In this document: positions 16,320-26,233 of the stretch, one piece after another
Layout: each line of letters opens with the position of its first letter
Numbering within the stretch: the first letter of the stretch is position 1
Assembly: GCA_937915245.1 (NCBI GenBank)
Contig: CALDLU010000075.1
Span: 1 to 34,016, forward strand
DNA from: an uncultured Clostridia bacterium
GTDB taxonomy: Bacteria > Bacillota > Clostridia > Christensenellales > UBA1242
DNA: 34,016 nucleotides
Direction of reading: 5' to 3'
The notes under the pieces: generated by a model
The model's database searches: none
Told to the model about the DNA's origin: nothing
The model's input: the letters and a program-made list of their open reading frames with translations, nothing else
Made by a program: the position numbers and the translations under genes

Positions 16320-16346
16320 AAATCATTCTCCCTTTCATTTTTTTAA

Positions 16347-17045
16347 TTATTCGCCATCATTAGTTACTTCAACAGCAATAGTTCTATATGAAGTTGCTTC
16401 ATTAGTTGCAGATACAGTAAGTTCTATCATAGCAAATCCTGCCGCAACACCTGTAATAGTTAATTTATTTCCTACAACACTTGCAGTAGCCGTACTAGTA
16501 GAAGAACTCGTTGCAGCAACAGTGGCATTTGGGCTTGTTTCAAGTTGTACTATGTATGTACCCTCTTTATCTACAACAACATCATCTAATGGTGTAGTAA
16601 TAATTGCAGTAGGTTTCATTAAGTCTCTTACATCATCAATTGCATCTTCATCAGCACTTGATACAGTTACGTAAATAGTACCTTGAACAATACCATTAAC
16701 TGATAATGAACTTCTTGAATAAGTTAATGTACCTTTATATCTCTCACCAGTATTATCTGGGTTTCTTTCAAGAAATGTTAATTCTTTTCCTTTTATTTTC
16801 TTTAAGGCTCTTATATTATCTCTATGATAGTTAAATGTATATTGTTTAGCATCAGTTCCTTGTAGACCTTCTGCATAAGTATAACCACCATCACTTAAAA
16901 CTGTTTTGTCAACTTGGTCTGGTGCAGTTCTAGTTTCTGGCATTTCGCTTACAGGTAATAGCATACTAAATTTACTATCATCACCTAGTATATTTAATGT
17001 GGCATATTTAGAGATAAAACCTTTATCAGTATAAACTCTTTCCAT
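16347..17045 (-). CDS. major tail (tube) protein with C-terminal Ig-like (Big_2-type) domain
   Basis: 232 aa, located upstream of the chaperones. The C-terminal 80 aa (...ATVAATSSSTSTATASVVGNKLTITGVAAGFAMIELTVSATN...) have the Big_2 pattern. Confidence 0.7.
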   Translation of the reverse strand: MERVYTDKGFISKYATLNILGDDSKFSMLLPVSEMPETRTAPDQVDKTVLSDGGYTYAEGLQGTDAKQYTFNYHRDNIRALKKIKGKELTFLERNPDNTGERYKGTLTYSRSSLSVNGIVQGTIYVTVSSADEDAIDDVRDLMKPTAIITTPLDDVVVDKEGTYIVQLETSPNATVAATSSSTSTATASVVGNKLTITGVAAGFAMIELTVSATNEATSYRTIAVEVTNDGE

Positions 17046-17064
17046 AATTTTTTATTCCTCCTTA

Positions 17065-17493
17065 TTAGTATATACTTTTATTCCAACTATTTACACTTCC
17101 ACTAAATAGTAATGTTCTTCTTTTAACACTTATGTCCATATATTCACTTGGAACATCGCTTTCTCTAGTAAAACTTATTCCTCTAAAGAAATCGTGAATT
17201 AAAAATCTTAATTCATTGATTATATCTCTAGCATTGTATTCTTTACCGTTAAAAATAACATTTTTGGTGTATATATCAACTTGATATGTTAAATTATTAC
17301 CATATTCTATTCTATCTAGTGTTAGTGTGTTTAAATCATCATTATTACCATTTTCTCTTATTACGATTACTGGTATATTTTCTTTAAAAAAAGATTGAGG
17401 GGTAGTTGGAACTACTTTTAATATGCTACCAAAAGTAGATTTTGATTTGATATATGTATTAAATAAATTTAATATATCATTTTCAATATTCAT
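17065..17493 (-). CDS. tail terminator / tail completion protein (by position)
   Basis: The track start 17508 is a TTG inside the RBS GAGGAGG. The ATG at 17493 gives MNIENDILNLF... Confidence 0.5.
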   Translation of the reverse strand: MNIENDILNLFNTYIKSKSTFGSILKVVPTTPQSFFKENIPVIVIRENGNNDDLNTLTLDRIEYGNNLTYQVDIYTKNVIFNGKEYNARDIINELRFLIHDFFRGISFTRESDVPSEYMDISVKRRTLLFSGSVNSWNKSIY

Positions 17494-17504
17494 TTTATTC
17501 CTCC

Positions 17505-18071
17505 TCAATTCTTTGTTATTTTATCTATGTATTCTTTAATCCAACTAGATATATTGACTTCTATTTGTTGTTTTAACTTGTAAAAGATTAATTTACCCTC
17601 AAAACCATTAGTCCAAAATACATTTCCTTGCCAATCTTTAAAATACCACCCTTTATGTCCGTGATTATTGACATCGTATGCCCATTCACCACTATCTGGC
17701 AATATTTCAGTATTTATAGCACCAGTATAACCAATACCATATTCTACTATTTTAGCAAGTGATAAACCTCCAATATAGTGGGCTTTAGTTTCCTCACTCA
17801 TATTTTTGGTTTCTATATTTACTTCACTATTATTATATAAAATTATTTGATTACCCTCTATTTTTAACTTATGTTCACTATAGTAATAACTTGTATCAAG
17901 TTCTTCTTGAGTTGCATAAGATAAGTTTTCAAGAGTGATTTCTTGCAATAATTTCATTGCTTTATTTCCAATAAATTCCATAAATTCTGGTGAAGTTAAA
18001 CTTTCTTCTATAACTTCTAGTTCTTTTATGAGAGTATCATAACCTGTAGAACTTATTTTAACTTCATACAT
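17505..18071 (-). CDS. HK97 gp10-like head-tail joining protein (by position and size)
   Basis: 188 aa within the connector gene block. Confidence 0.45.
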   Translation of the reverse strand: MYEVKISSTGYDTLIKELEVIEESLTSPEFMEFIGNKAMKLLQEITLENLSYATQEELDTSYYYSEHKLKIEGNQIILYNNSEVNIETKNMSEETKAHYIGGLSLAKIVEYGIGYTGAINTEILPDSGEWAYDVNNHGHKGWYFKDWQGNVFWTNGFEGKLIFYKLKQQIEVNISSWIKEYIDKITKN

Positions 18072-18244
18072 TAGTCTTTATCTTCTTTTGTATTAATTGG
18101 TTTAAAGTTTACTTTTGGCTCCTTTTTCTTCTCAAATTTTTTCCATCCCATATTTATATACATTGAATATAAATTGTATGGTATTTCTTTGATAATTTTG
18201 TCACCATCTTCGTTGATTTTCTCAACTTTAATTAGTTTTTCCAT
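18071..18244 (-). CDS. 57-aa hypothetical protein (below ORF-track cut-off)
   Basis: Strong RBS TAAGGAGGAAATA before the ATG at 18244. Translation: MEKLIKVEKINEDGDKIIKEIPYNLYSMYINMGWKKFEKKKEPKVNFKPINTKEDKD. There is a TAATG overlap with the next gene. Confidence 0.6.
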   Translation of the reverse strand: MEKLIKVEKINEDGDKIIKEIPYNLYSMYINMGWKKFEKKKEPKVNFKPINTKEDKD

Positions 18245-18254
18245 TATTTCCTCC

Positions 18255-18632
18255 TTATTTTACAAGTTTCCTGATATATATTCTTATACTTGTATTTTGG
18301 TTCCTTATAGAGTAAATTCTATAGTCTGCATTATCACCGGGATGCAATTCTTCATCTGGTGTTGTGTTTACATAAACCTTATCAAATTCCATAAATTTGA
18401 ATAGATATTTGTTTTTTTCGGTAATGGAAATTACCAACATGTCATTGGCAAGTTCTCCAAATTCCCTTATTTCACTATCAGAACTTATAACTTGTACATT
18501 AAATCTATATTTAACTGGCTTACTAAATATTTCATATTCATTTAAATTATTATCTTGCATTGTGCCAAGTTTTTTTGAGATATATATAGTTGATTTTACA
18601 TCATGTATATTTTGTCTATTAACATTATACAT
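18255..18632 (-). CDS. head closure / head-tail adaptor protein (by position)
   Basis: The ATG at 18632 (MYNVNRQ...) is 9 nt after AAAGAGG and overlaps the upstream stop by 8 nt. The longer track start 18668 lacks an RBS. Confidence 0.5.
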   Translation of the reverse strand: MYNVNRQNIHDVKSTIYISKKLGTMQDNNLNEYEIFSKPVKYRFNVQVISSDSEIREFGELANDMLVISITEKNKYLFKFMEFDKVYVNTTPDEELHPGDNADYRIYSIRNQNTSIRIYIRKLVK

Positions 18633-19005
18633 TACTATCATCCTCTTTACTTGATTTTGGAACTCCAATTTTTGGGATTAATTTACTCATTAAGTCTTGT
18701 GATAGACCATCAGTTAATTTACTCCAAGAAAGTGAATTTTCACTATAATTAGTTATCCCTTGTTTGTCAGCAAGATTATAAAGTTCTATGCAACATCTTA
18801 TTTGCCAATTATAATATTTTTTTGGAAGTAAGTAATCACTATAATCATCATAAGGGAATAATGTTTCAAGGCATACAGCCTTACTATCTTCTAACAAGTT
18901 TGTTAGAATTTGTTCCCAAATTGCATTTGTTTCAAATATATCCTCATCATAAGGTATTCTTAACTTCAATTTTGGTAATTGAATTTGTAATTCTTTTCTA
19001 TCCAT
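18625..19005 (-). CDS. gp6-like head-tail connector protein
   Basis: 126 aa, directly after the major capsid gene. The N-terminal pattern LPKLKLRIPYDEDIFETNAIWEQIL is typical of this family. Confidence 0.55.
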   Translation of the reverse strand: MDRKELQIQLPKLKLRIPYDEDIFETNAIWEQILTNLLEDSKAVCLETLFPYDDYSDYLLPKKYYNWQIRCCIELYNLADKQGITNYSENSLSWSKLTDGLSQDLMSKLIPKIGVPKSSKEDDSNV

Positions 19006-19037
19006 AACATTATCCTCCTTATAATATTATTTTTTTA

Positions 19038-20183
19038 TTATCCTCTTGAAATGATTTGAACAACAGGAATTAATTTGTCGCTAACATATACTTTATTTGA
19101 AGTATCATTATTGTTAGCAAGTTCCCAGTTTGTGCCTTTTTCAAAGTCTGCATTATCTGGTGATAATTTAGAAGTATCTTTGTATGAAATATACATAGGA
19201 ACAATCATTTCTCTTATTCTTGAAACTAAATCAGTATGACCACCATTTTCAGTAGCCTTTCTATCTAATTCACTAGGTACTTTAACTCCTAATTCTTCAA
19301 ATTCAAAGAAACCATTTTTAAACATATATGTAATATATTTAGAAGCAGCAACTACATAATCATCTGCTTTAACTCCTGCTGGATAGAAGTCTGCTTTTTT
19401 AACATCAGCAAGATTAATTTGTCCTGCAGTAGCACCACTTGCAACTACTTTTAATGCACCACTTGCATCAGCAGTTGAAGCATCATAACCATCTAGAACT
19501 GGCATTTCATCATCAACGATAACTGTTTTACCATTGTATGTACCAATAGTTAAATCTCTTGTAATACCATCTTTGTCAGTATATTTCATAAATTCAATTA
19601 GATTTAAACCTTCTAAGTTAGTTGATACCATTGAGTGCATAAATGATACATTAAGATTTGCTTTGCTATCTCCTAATGCTTTTTGAGATGCTCTATTGCA
19701 TGCGTCAGCAGTTAAATTACCATCAACTTCGTAAGTATGTTTACTAGCGAAGTCATTTGAACCAGTCATAGCAAAGATACCTTTTAAAATTGAAAGTGTA
19801 GTACTTTGTCTTTGTTCTTCCCAATATTCTTTAACTTCGCTTGCCTCAGCCATAAAGTTTTCACCAGTGATTTCAGTTACAAAGTCATCTTCTCCCCAAG
19901 CATTTGCTCTACCATAACATATTTTAGTTTGATAGAAAGTATCTCTTGAAGTTGAAGTAATATCAGTCTTACCATCATAGTTTACAGGTGTTCCACCAAT
20001 TCTTCCTTTAATTGGTTCTACAACAAAGTATCCACCTGCTTGTTCACTCATTTTATTTTTGTATTTATTTACTACTGTAAATAAAGAATTTTTTACAAGT
20101 TCATTTTTCTTAGTACTTGGTAGAGTTTTTAAATATCTTTCAAATACTTCATTGTTAAAAATTTTTCCATTAAATTTTAGCAT
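19038..20183 (-). CDS. major capsid protein
   Basis: 381 aa, directly after the scaffold gene, with a strong RBS. The call rests on position and size. Confidence 0.75.
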   Translation of the reverse strand: MLKFNGKIFNNEVFERYLKTLPSTKKNELVKNSLFTVVNKYKNKMSEQAGGYFVVEPIKGRIGGTPVNYDGKTDITSTSRDTFYQTKICYGRANAWGEDDFVTEITGENFMAEASEVKEYWEEQRQSTTLSILKGIFAMTGSNDFASKHTYEVDGNLTADACNRASQKALGDSKANLNVSFMHSMVSTNLEGLNLIEFMKYTDKDGITRDLTIGTYNGKTVIVDDEMPVLDGYDASTADASGALKVVASGATAGQINLADVKKADFYPAGVKADDYVVAASKYITYMFKNGFFEFEELGVKVPSELDRKATENGGHTDLVSRIREMIVPMYISYKDTSKLSPDNADFEKGTNWELANNNDTSNKVYVSDKLIPVVQIISRG

Positions 20184-20207
20184 AATTTAATTTTCCTTCC
20201 TTTCTTG

Positions 20208-20792
20208 TTATTTTAAATTTTCAAATTCTGCTGGATGTTCATTTATGAATTTTTCTTGTTCAATAGAACTCATTTTTGAAAATCTTTCCCAATTCATTGC
20301 ATTATCATCCCTTTGTGGAATATTTGTAGCACTTGGTTTTACATCAATTGTAGTAATTGCTTCTTTAGTTTCCTTTACAACATTATCTTTGTAATTTGTA
20401 AATGTGCTTTTTAATAAATTTGCTCTTTGAATAGTAGCATTTTCATCTTCACTTACTAAAGTATCAATTAGGCTATCATCAATGTTTAAACCTCCTAAAA
20501 CTTCTTTCGCTTTTGCTTTATTAACAATTATTTTTGACTGTTTATAATTGTTCTCAGTTTCTTTTTTCATTGCTTCAAACTTTTCTTGTTCAGTCATATT
20601 TGCTTTGTTAATTTCTTCAAGTTTTGCATTTGCTTCATTGTATTTTGTTTCAAATTCGCTTTTCTGTAAAACTTCACTTTGCAAATCTGCAATTTTTTTG
20701 TCTTTTTCTTTGTTTATACCATGAAATGTATTAAGTAAATCAGTTACTTGTTCCTCAGTATAACCTTTTGCTAACAAATCTTCTCTACGCAT
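20208..20792 (-). CDS. scaffolding protein (GP20-type)
   Basis: The ATG at 20792 (MRREDLLAKGYTEEQVTDLL...) follows AAAGGGAG. The protein is a helical Glu/Lys-rich coiled coil. Confidence 0.7.
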   Translation of the reverse strand: MRREDLLAKGYTEEQVTDLLNTFHGINKEKDKKIADLQSEVLQKSEFETKYNEANAKLEEINKANMTEQEKFEAMKKETENNYKQSKIIVNKAKAKEVLGGLNIDDSLIDTLVSEDENATIQRANLLKSTFTNYKDNVVKETKEAITTIDVKPSATNIPQRDDNAMNWERFSKMSSIEQEKFINEHPAEFENLK

Positions 20793-20980
20793 ATTATCAT
20801 CTCCCTTTCCTACAGTGATTTTACGGTTCACCAACCTTGAATAGAGATTTATGTATTGTCATTTGTTTACGCACAAATGTTAAAGCCTTTATTATTGGCA
20901 CAGGTTCTAGGCTATGCTCCCAGTTTTTTGGTTTTGGAGACCAATGTTTTTCTAATTAAACTAAACCCACATCTAAAGGG

Positions 20981-22537
20981 CTATTGCCCTTGATTATCTA
21001 ATTCACTTTTATTTGTTATTTCATTATTTTGAAAATTTGCCATATCTTCGGCATTTGTTGTTTCTCCATTTGTTCCAAAATCATTTGAACTACTACCTTT
21101 ATCTTGTTGTGATACTTGGTTGCCAAATAGTTTTTGTTGTTCTTGTGATACTTTTGCACTATCTCCAAATAGATTAACTATGCTATTTGCTATTTCTCTA
21201 GGAATATCGCAACTATATAGATTTTGTAGTGCTTGTGTCTTAACAAGAATGTTATCTGACATATCTCTTTGGAATTTTGGTTCTACTTCACTAACTTTCA
21301 GTGTTGTTATTCCACTATTAGGAGTATTTCTACATATTGCAAGTATTACTTTTAATGCTTTTAAATCACACATACCAAACATACACTCATCACCTTCCGC
21401 TCTAATTCCTGCAGAAGTAAATCCTTGCCCTGTAAGTTTAGCCTTTCCAGTATCTCCACTTGTTACTGTTCCACTATCACTCGCTATTGGTATTGCAAGT
21501 ATTTGGTGAAGTGAAGTAAGTAATCTATTGTAATATGTTTGTGTATCTTGAGCATTTAATCTTCCTTGTAATAGGTCTACACTTGCTTTCTTTTGTTCTG
21601 TAGAACTAATACATACTGCTCCCATTTCTTTGATATCATCTAAATCTTCTTTTGATACTTCGGCATTTGTGAATACCATAATAGCGTTTACAAATTGTTC
21701 CATATCATCTTTATCAAGACTTTCTAGGTAATTTATATCGTTAAATAAGTCTTTACCTAGTTCAATTAATGATATTCTCTTTCTGTTTATGTAACTTTCA
21801 ATAATTATATGTTCATTCCATATCAAGGGTTGTGGTTTCCCAATTCTTTGTAATGACCCACCTTTGTTAGAATATGTTAATACTTTATTTCTTAAATATA
21901 CTTGGTATACATCGTATAAGACAGTTTTTAATACTTCTACTCCATTATCTCCCATACTTGGTTGATAATCGTACATTGGTGTATCAATAAATGCAAATAA
22001 TTGCTCATTCCCTAGCCTACTTGAATATACTACCTCGGTATCTTCTACTGGGCAATTAATAATTTCAAATGGTGCTTCATCTTCACTACCAACTTTATCT
22101 TTATTAATATATCTAAAGCCTCTACCACAGACAAGGACATCTTCAAATAAGTCCATATCTTTGGCTTTTTTATTTTCATATCTCACAAATTTATTTAAAG
22201 TTGATATTTCAGCACTATCAGAACTATTAAATTGAACATATTGAATAGGTTTCCCTAAAAGAAATGTTTTTTTGAAGTCTACACAAGCATAAGCCCAGTT
22301 TTCAACTGTTTTATTGTTTATTTCTGGTCTTGTTTGCTTAACTTTGTTTTTTATATCTTGGTCGCCATAGTAGAAACTCTTTAAATATTCACTATCTTGT
22401 CTATTCTTGTCATGCAATGGTTTGCTATTTTCTAATATTTCAATTATGGCTTCATCTTGCTTCTTTTGACCTAAACTTAACAATTCTTTTTCGGTTATAT
22501 TTGCAAGTAAGGTTATTCTTCCATAAGTTTTTTCCAA
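20981..22537 (-). CDS. portal protein
   Basis: 518 aa, downstream of terL. It has an apparent TTG start 10 nt after GGAGG and an acidic, Asn/Gln-rich C-terminal tail. Confidence 0.8.
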   Translation of the reverse strand: MEKTYGRITLLANITEKELLSLGQKKQDEAIIEILENSKPLHDKNRQDSEYLKSFYYGDQDIKNKVKQTRPEINNKTVENWAYACVDFKKTFLLGKPIQYVQFNSSDSAEISTLNKFVRYENKKAKDMDLFEDVLVCGRGFRYINKDKVGSEDEAPFEIINCPVEDTEVVYSSRLGNEQLFAFIDTPMYDYQPSMGDNGVEVLKTVLYDVYQVYLRNKVLTYSNKGGSLQRIGKPQPLIWNEHIIIESYINRKRISLIELGKDLFNDINYLESLDKDDMEQFVNAIMVFTNAEVSKEDLDDIKEMGAVCISSTEQKKASVDLLQGRLNAQDTQTYYNRLLTSLHQILAIPIASDSGTVTSGDTGKAKLTGQGFTSAGIRAEGDECMFGMCDLKALKVILAICRNTPNSGITTLKVSEVEPKFQRDMSDNILVKTQALQNLYSCDIPREIANSIVNLFGDSAKVSQEQQKLFGNQVSQQDKGSSSNDFGTNGETTNAEDMANFQNNEITNKSELDNQGQ

Positions 22538-22567
22538 TTTTACCCTACCTCCTACTATTCATTTTAA

Positions 22568-22596
22568 ATTATACCTAGATTAGTTATTTTTGTCAA
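22568..22596 (-). promoter_or_regulatory. perfect consensus promoter TTGACA-17-TATAAT in front of the portal gene
   Basis: Minus strand: TTGACA at 22596-22591, a 17-nt spacer, and TATAAT at 22573-22568. Confidence 0.7.
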
Positions 22597-22604
22597 ATAT
22601 AAGC

Positions 22605-22645
22605 AATAAAAAAGAGAAAATAGTATAAATATACTATCTTCTCTA
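22605..22645 (-). terminator. intrinsic terminator after terL
   Basis: Imperfect stem of about 14 bp (22613-22627 / 22630-22644), followed on the minus strand by TTTTTATT. Confidence 0.55.
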
Positions 22646-22653
22646 AATGTTTC

Positions 22654-24426
22654 TTAAAATGGTCTAAAAATAGGTTTTACTCTTTGAGGTTTAGAACTAC
22701 CCTCTATAAACTCACGAGTTGCTAAAGCAAGACTGTCTATGCTATCCTCGTTTGGGTTCCTTCCATTATCATTATATAGTGTTAAATTTTCCATAAATTT
22801 ACCCATATCAGTATTTACACCAAACACATTTTTTTGTGGGAATACTATACATCTTAAAACATTTCCTTTTTGGTCTTGTATTCTTATTTTTTTATTCTCG
22901 CAGTTATACTTTTCTCTTATAATGCAATAATTTACACCATTTTGTTTCAAAATCATATCTATATTTTGTTTTAATTCACTTGTTACATTACTTTCTATTA
23001 CAAGTTCTACTATATGATGTTCAATTATCTTATTACATACTTCTTCGTACATATCTTTTGTGGCTGTTCTTGTAAATATACAATCTTCCAAATAATAGTC
23101 CATATTTTCCCCATTTGGTACTTTTGCAAGTATTGGCATTGAGAAAAAGTCTTTACCACTCTTTCTTGTAGCATCTATTGTAGCATATCTTCCTATATAT
23201 TCCGTTTTAGGAATTGTTTCATATACTCTTAATTTATTATAACTAAAGAATAGACTTTCTGGGTCTGTTGGTATTTGTTGAAAGTTAGTTTGCCATAAAT
23301 AATCATCTATATCTTGCTTTTCTAATAATAATTCTTTCGTTGTTTTAAGTTCTGGGCATGTTGACAAGCCTGTTTCATAATCTAATGCTGGTACTTGAAT
23401 TATTACTATAGAGCCATCTTCGCTAACATAAGTATATTTATATTTTGGATGCTTATGAAATTGGAAATGTTTCTTACAATTTTCAATTAATAAAGCAATA
23501 AAATCACCACTAGCCCATAATGTACCCGTTACAACTACTTTAGGTATCTCATTTTGGACAAATCTTTTCTTCCATACTGTATTATATTTATTAAAATAAT
23601 ATTCATTTAATGATTGAACTAAAGCCTCTTTATAATCGGCATATAAGTCATCTATATGTATTCTTTGGCTTGCTCTTACACCTACTACATTGCTTTGCGT
23701 TGTTTTTGCATAGTAACTAGCATTTAATTTACATTTTTTAAGTTTCCAAGTGCCTTCTGTTTCCTTTAAAAAGTAATTTCTATCATTTTCATCGTATTTC
23801 ATATCTGGAAATACTTCACCAAACCAATCACTTTTTATTTCATCTAATACTACTCTACTACCACCCTTTACAACATCTTCATTTGAACATAGTGATAGTA
23901 CTGTTTTAGTTGGGTCTACACCAAAAGCCCATGCCTCACTTACTTTTTCTGGGAACGTTTTGCCGAAGCCGGACATCGCGTTAAAAATAAGTAGTCTAAA
24001 GTTAGGATTTGTTACTATTTCTTCTAAATAATGGATATACCCTATTATTGCCTCATATCTTGGGGCAAAAAACTTATTACTTGGTTCATCATCCCACTCT
24101 CTATAGATAAAATAGTGTTCTAGGCTTGTTCTTGCCCCTATTCTATAGGCATTATGGAGTTGTTTTTCATATTCCACCTTATTTTTTATGTCTATTTTAT
24201 ACATTAAGTTAAGTAATGGAATATATTTCTTGACACATAGTTTACTTGCTCCTACTTGATTTAGTTCAAAATATCTATTAAATAAGGCATATAAGTCATT
24301 TAACATATCCAATATGTCATTATAATTCATTTTATTTTTTGTTTTTACATCAAAATTCTTATTTAATATGTCAAAAATTTCAGTAATATACTTTAAAACT
24401 TCACTTTCATTTAGTTCATTTTGCAT
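22654..24426 (-). CDS. terL: terminase large subunit
   Basis: 590 aa between terS and portal. It has a Walker-A-like SGFGKT and a C-terminal nuclease-type YATIDATRKSGKDFFS. Confidence 0.85.
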   Translation of the reverse strand: MQNELNESEVLKYITEIFDILNKNFDVKTKNKMNYNDILDMLNDLYALFNRYFELNQVGASKLCVKKYIPLLNLMYKIDIKNKVEYEKQLHNAYRIGARTSLEHYFIYREWDDEPSNKFFAPRYEAIIGYIHYLEEIVTNPNFRLLIFNAMSGFGKTFPEKVSEAWAFGVDPTKTVLSLCSNEDVVKGGSRVVLDEIKSDWFGEVFPDMKYDENDRNYFLKETEGTWKLKKCKLNASYYAKTTQSNVVGVRASQRIHIDDLYADYKEALVQSLNEYYFNKYNTVWKKRFVQNEIPKVVVTGTLWASGDFIALLIENCKKHFQFHKHPKYKYTYVSEDGSIVIIQVPALDYETGLSTCPELKTTKELLLEKQDIDDYLWQTNFQQIPTDPESLFFSYNKLRVYETIPKTEYIGRYATIDATRKSGKDFFSMPILAKVPNGENMDYYLEDCIFTRTATKDMYEEVCNKIIEHHIVELVIESNVTSELKQNIDMILKQNGVNYCIIREKYNCENKKIRIQDQKGNVLRCIVFPQKNVFGVNTDMGKFMENLTLYNDNGRNPNEDSIDSLALATREFIEGSSKPQRVKPIFRPF

Positions 24427-24437
24427 ATAATACCTCC

Positions 24438-25106
24438 TTATTTACCCTTTTTATCTAATAATTCCTTGTATTTTGCTAATTTACTATCTATTTTATCAGT
24501 ATTTATGACTTCTTTATATGTAATATTGACATTTGGTTGGGCTTTTTCCACCATTTCATGCTCTGCTTTTAGTCTAAATAGTGTACTTCTTTCTTTTGTA
24601 TACCCCATTTGTGAGAACATTAGGTTTTCTTCCCCTATTTCATCATATATTTTATTTACTATTTCTCTCATATCTGCATCACTACTGTTTTTTAAGTTCC
24701 TTAACACCCCTGTACTTATCCCTATAAACTTACAAAACCCCGTTAATGTTGGTAAATAATCTCCTACATTCGCATTTACTTGTGTTACTAGAAATGTATA
24801 ATAGTCAAAAAATATCGCTAATTGCTCTGGACTATATTGAGGTGTCTTACTTCCTAGTGGATTTACACTCCTAAAAAAGTAATTCGTTATTATTAATGGA
24901 TTTATTCTCTTATCATATCTTTCACTAAACTCTATTATTTCTTTTACTTTTTCTTCTTTTAACTCGTTTATTGCCCTAGAAAGTCCCTCTACTTTCCCAT
25001 CTACATAAAACTGTTCTAGTTCCTTTAATTCTAATTTATTATTTGCTATTATTTCTTTATTTTTTTTGCTTATTTTTTCTTTTTCACCCACTATTGTCTT
25101 TTTCAT
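24438..25106 (-). CDS. terS: terminase small subunit
   Basis: 222 aa, directly upstream of terL. The HTH-like segment PTLTGFCKFIGISTGVLRNLKN is typical of Terminase_2-type small subunits. Confidence 0.7.
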   Translation of the reverse strand: MKKTIVGEKEKISKKNKEIIANNKLELKELEQFYVDGKVEGLSRAINELKEEKVKEIIEFSERYDKRINPLIITNYFFRSVNPLGSKTPQYSPEQLAIFFDYYTFLVTQVNANVGDYLPTLTGFCKFIGISTGVLRNLKNSSDADMREIVNKIYDEIGEENLMFSQMGYTKERSTLFRLKAEHEMVEKAQPNVNITYKEVINTDKIDSKLAKYKELLDKKGK

Positions 25107-25123
25107 ACACTCTCTTACCTTTC

Positions 25124-25151
25124 TTGATTATTATACCATATTTGCTATAAT
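25124..25151 (+). promoter_or_regulatory. promoter TTGATT-16-TATAAT for rusA
   Basis: -35 at 25124-25129 and a perfect -10 at 25146-25151, about 19 nt before the RBS AGGAGG. Confidence 0.55.
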
Positions 25152-25170
25152 TATTCTAGGAGGCTATATT

Positions 25171-25563
25171 ATGAACGATATTTTATCTTTTTCTATTCCA
25201 CTTAACCCTATTACTAAAAAAAACCATGGGCAAATCATTATGTGCAAAGGACACCCTATTATGCTACCCTCTAAACCTTACATTGAATATGAAAAGGCTT
25301 GCAAACCTTTTATGCCTACTTTAAACCACCCTATTGATTACCCTATTAACCTAAAATGTACTTTCTATATGAAAACTAAAAGAAAAGTCGATTTGTCTAA
25401 TCTTATCTCTGCTATCTCTGATATCCTTTCTAAATACAATGTTATCCTAGATGATAATAGGAATATTATTGCTTCTTACGATGGCTCTTTAGTTCTATAT
25501 GACAAGGTTAACCCTAGAACTGACATAGAAATTTCTATCAAATCTGATTACCTATCTTGGTAA
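25171..25563 (+). CDS. rusA: RusA-family Holliday junction resolvase
   Basis: ATG at 25171 after AGGAGGCTATATT. VDLSNLISAISDILSKYNVILDDNRNIIASYDGS matches the RusA D-x-D-N / acidic catalytic block. Size is about 130 aa. Confidence 0.75.
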   Translation: MNDILSFSIPLNPITKKNHGQIIMCKGHPIMLPSKPYIEYEKACKPFMPTLNHPIDYPINLKCTFYMKTKRKVDLSNLISAISDILSKYNVILDDNRNIIASYDGSLVLYDKVNPRTDIEISIKSDYLSW

Positions 25564-25582
25564 TCTTTTTTTATATCACTAT

Positions 25583-25608
25583 AAAAGAGTATATTGCTAT
25601 ACTCTTTT
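25583..25608. terminator. bidirectional intrinsic terminator
   Basis: AAAAGAGTATA-TTGC-TATACTCTTTT: an 11-bp stem including flanking A- and T-tracts, between convergent rusA and the 25714..25980 gene. Confidence 0.6.
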
Positions 25609-25713
25609 AAAAGGGGTGAATTCTACATTCCTTTTGGTAAAGGTGTATATGAGAAGCAATCTTTTACAATTGCATCTACATTATATCACTTACCCTTTTT
25701 TTATGTCAATTTT

Positions 25714-25980
25714 TTAGCACATCTCTACTAACTGCACTATTCCATATACTTTTTCTTCTTTATCTACGTCTAGTTCCACCATCGGTACATACTTGTCTTT
25801 CCTATTTCCTATTTTTACTCTTATTTTCTCTCTCTTACATTCCAGATACTTTAGTTCTTCTCCATATATCTTCTCTAGTATATTTATTATATGTATTCCT
25901 CCAGATAATTCTATTACTCCTACTGGATATACTTTCCCCCCTATTATTATCTCTTTTTCACTTTTTAATTCTATTTTCAT
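25714..25980 (-). CDS. 88-aa hypothetical protein
   Basis: The ATG at 25980 (MKIELKSEKE...) follows AAAGGAGAGAGAGATA. The longer track start lacks an RBS. Confidence 0.55.
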   Translation of the reverse strand: MKIELKSEKEIIIGGKVYPVGVIELSGGIHIINILEKIYGEELKYLECKREKIRVKIGNRKDKYVPMVELDVDKEEKVYGIVQLVEMC

Positions 25981-26233
25981 TATCTCTCTCTCCTTTGCAT
26001 TCAATATTATCACAAGTTTTTATCTTTTGCAATATGTATCTCGTAAAAAAATTATTGGAATTGTGGAAGGGGGTAACAAAGCCCATTTTTCACTCCTGTA
26101 ATTGGGTGGGGTGTGCCTCCAGATACACCAAAAAAGGATTTAATTATCTTCAATGTGCATAATTGATATAATTATAAACGTTAAAATTTTATAAAAAAAT
26201 AAAAATATTTATATATTACTTTACGTAAAGTGT

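Noticed and set aside
25958-26086. 42-aa minus-strand ORF (MGFVTPFHNSNNFFTRYILQKIKTCDNIECKGERDNENRIKK) with RBS AGGAG
   Set aside because: It is plausible but unsupported beyond the RBS, and it overlaps the next gene start by 23 nt. Its confidence is too low to list as a feature.
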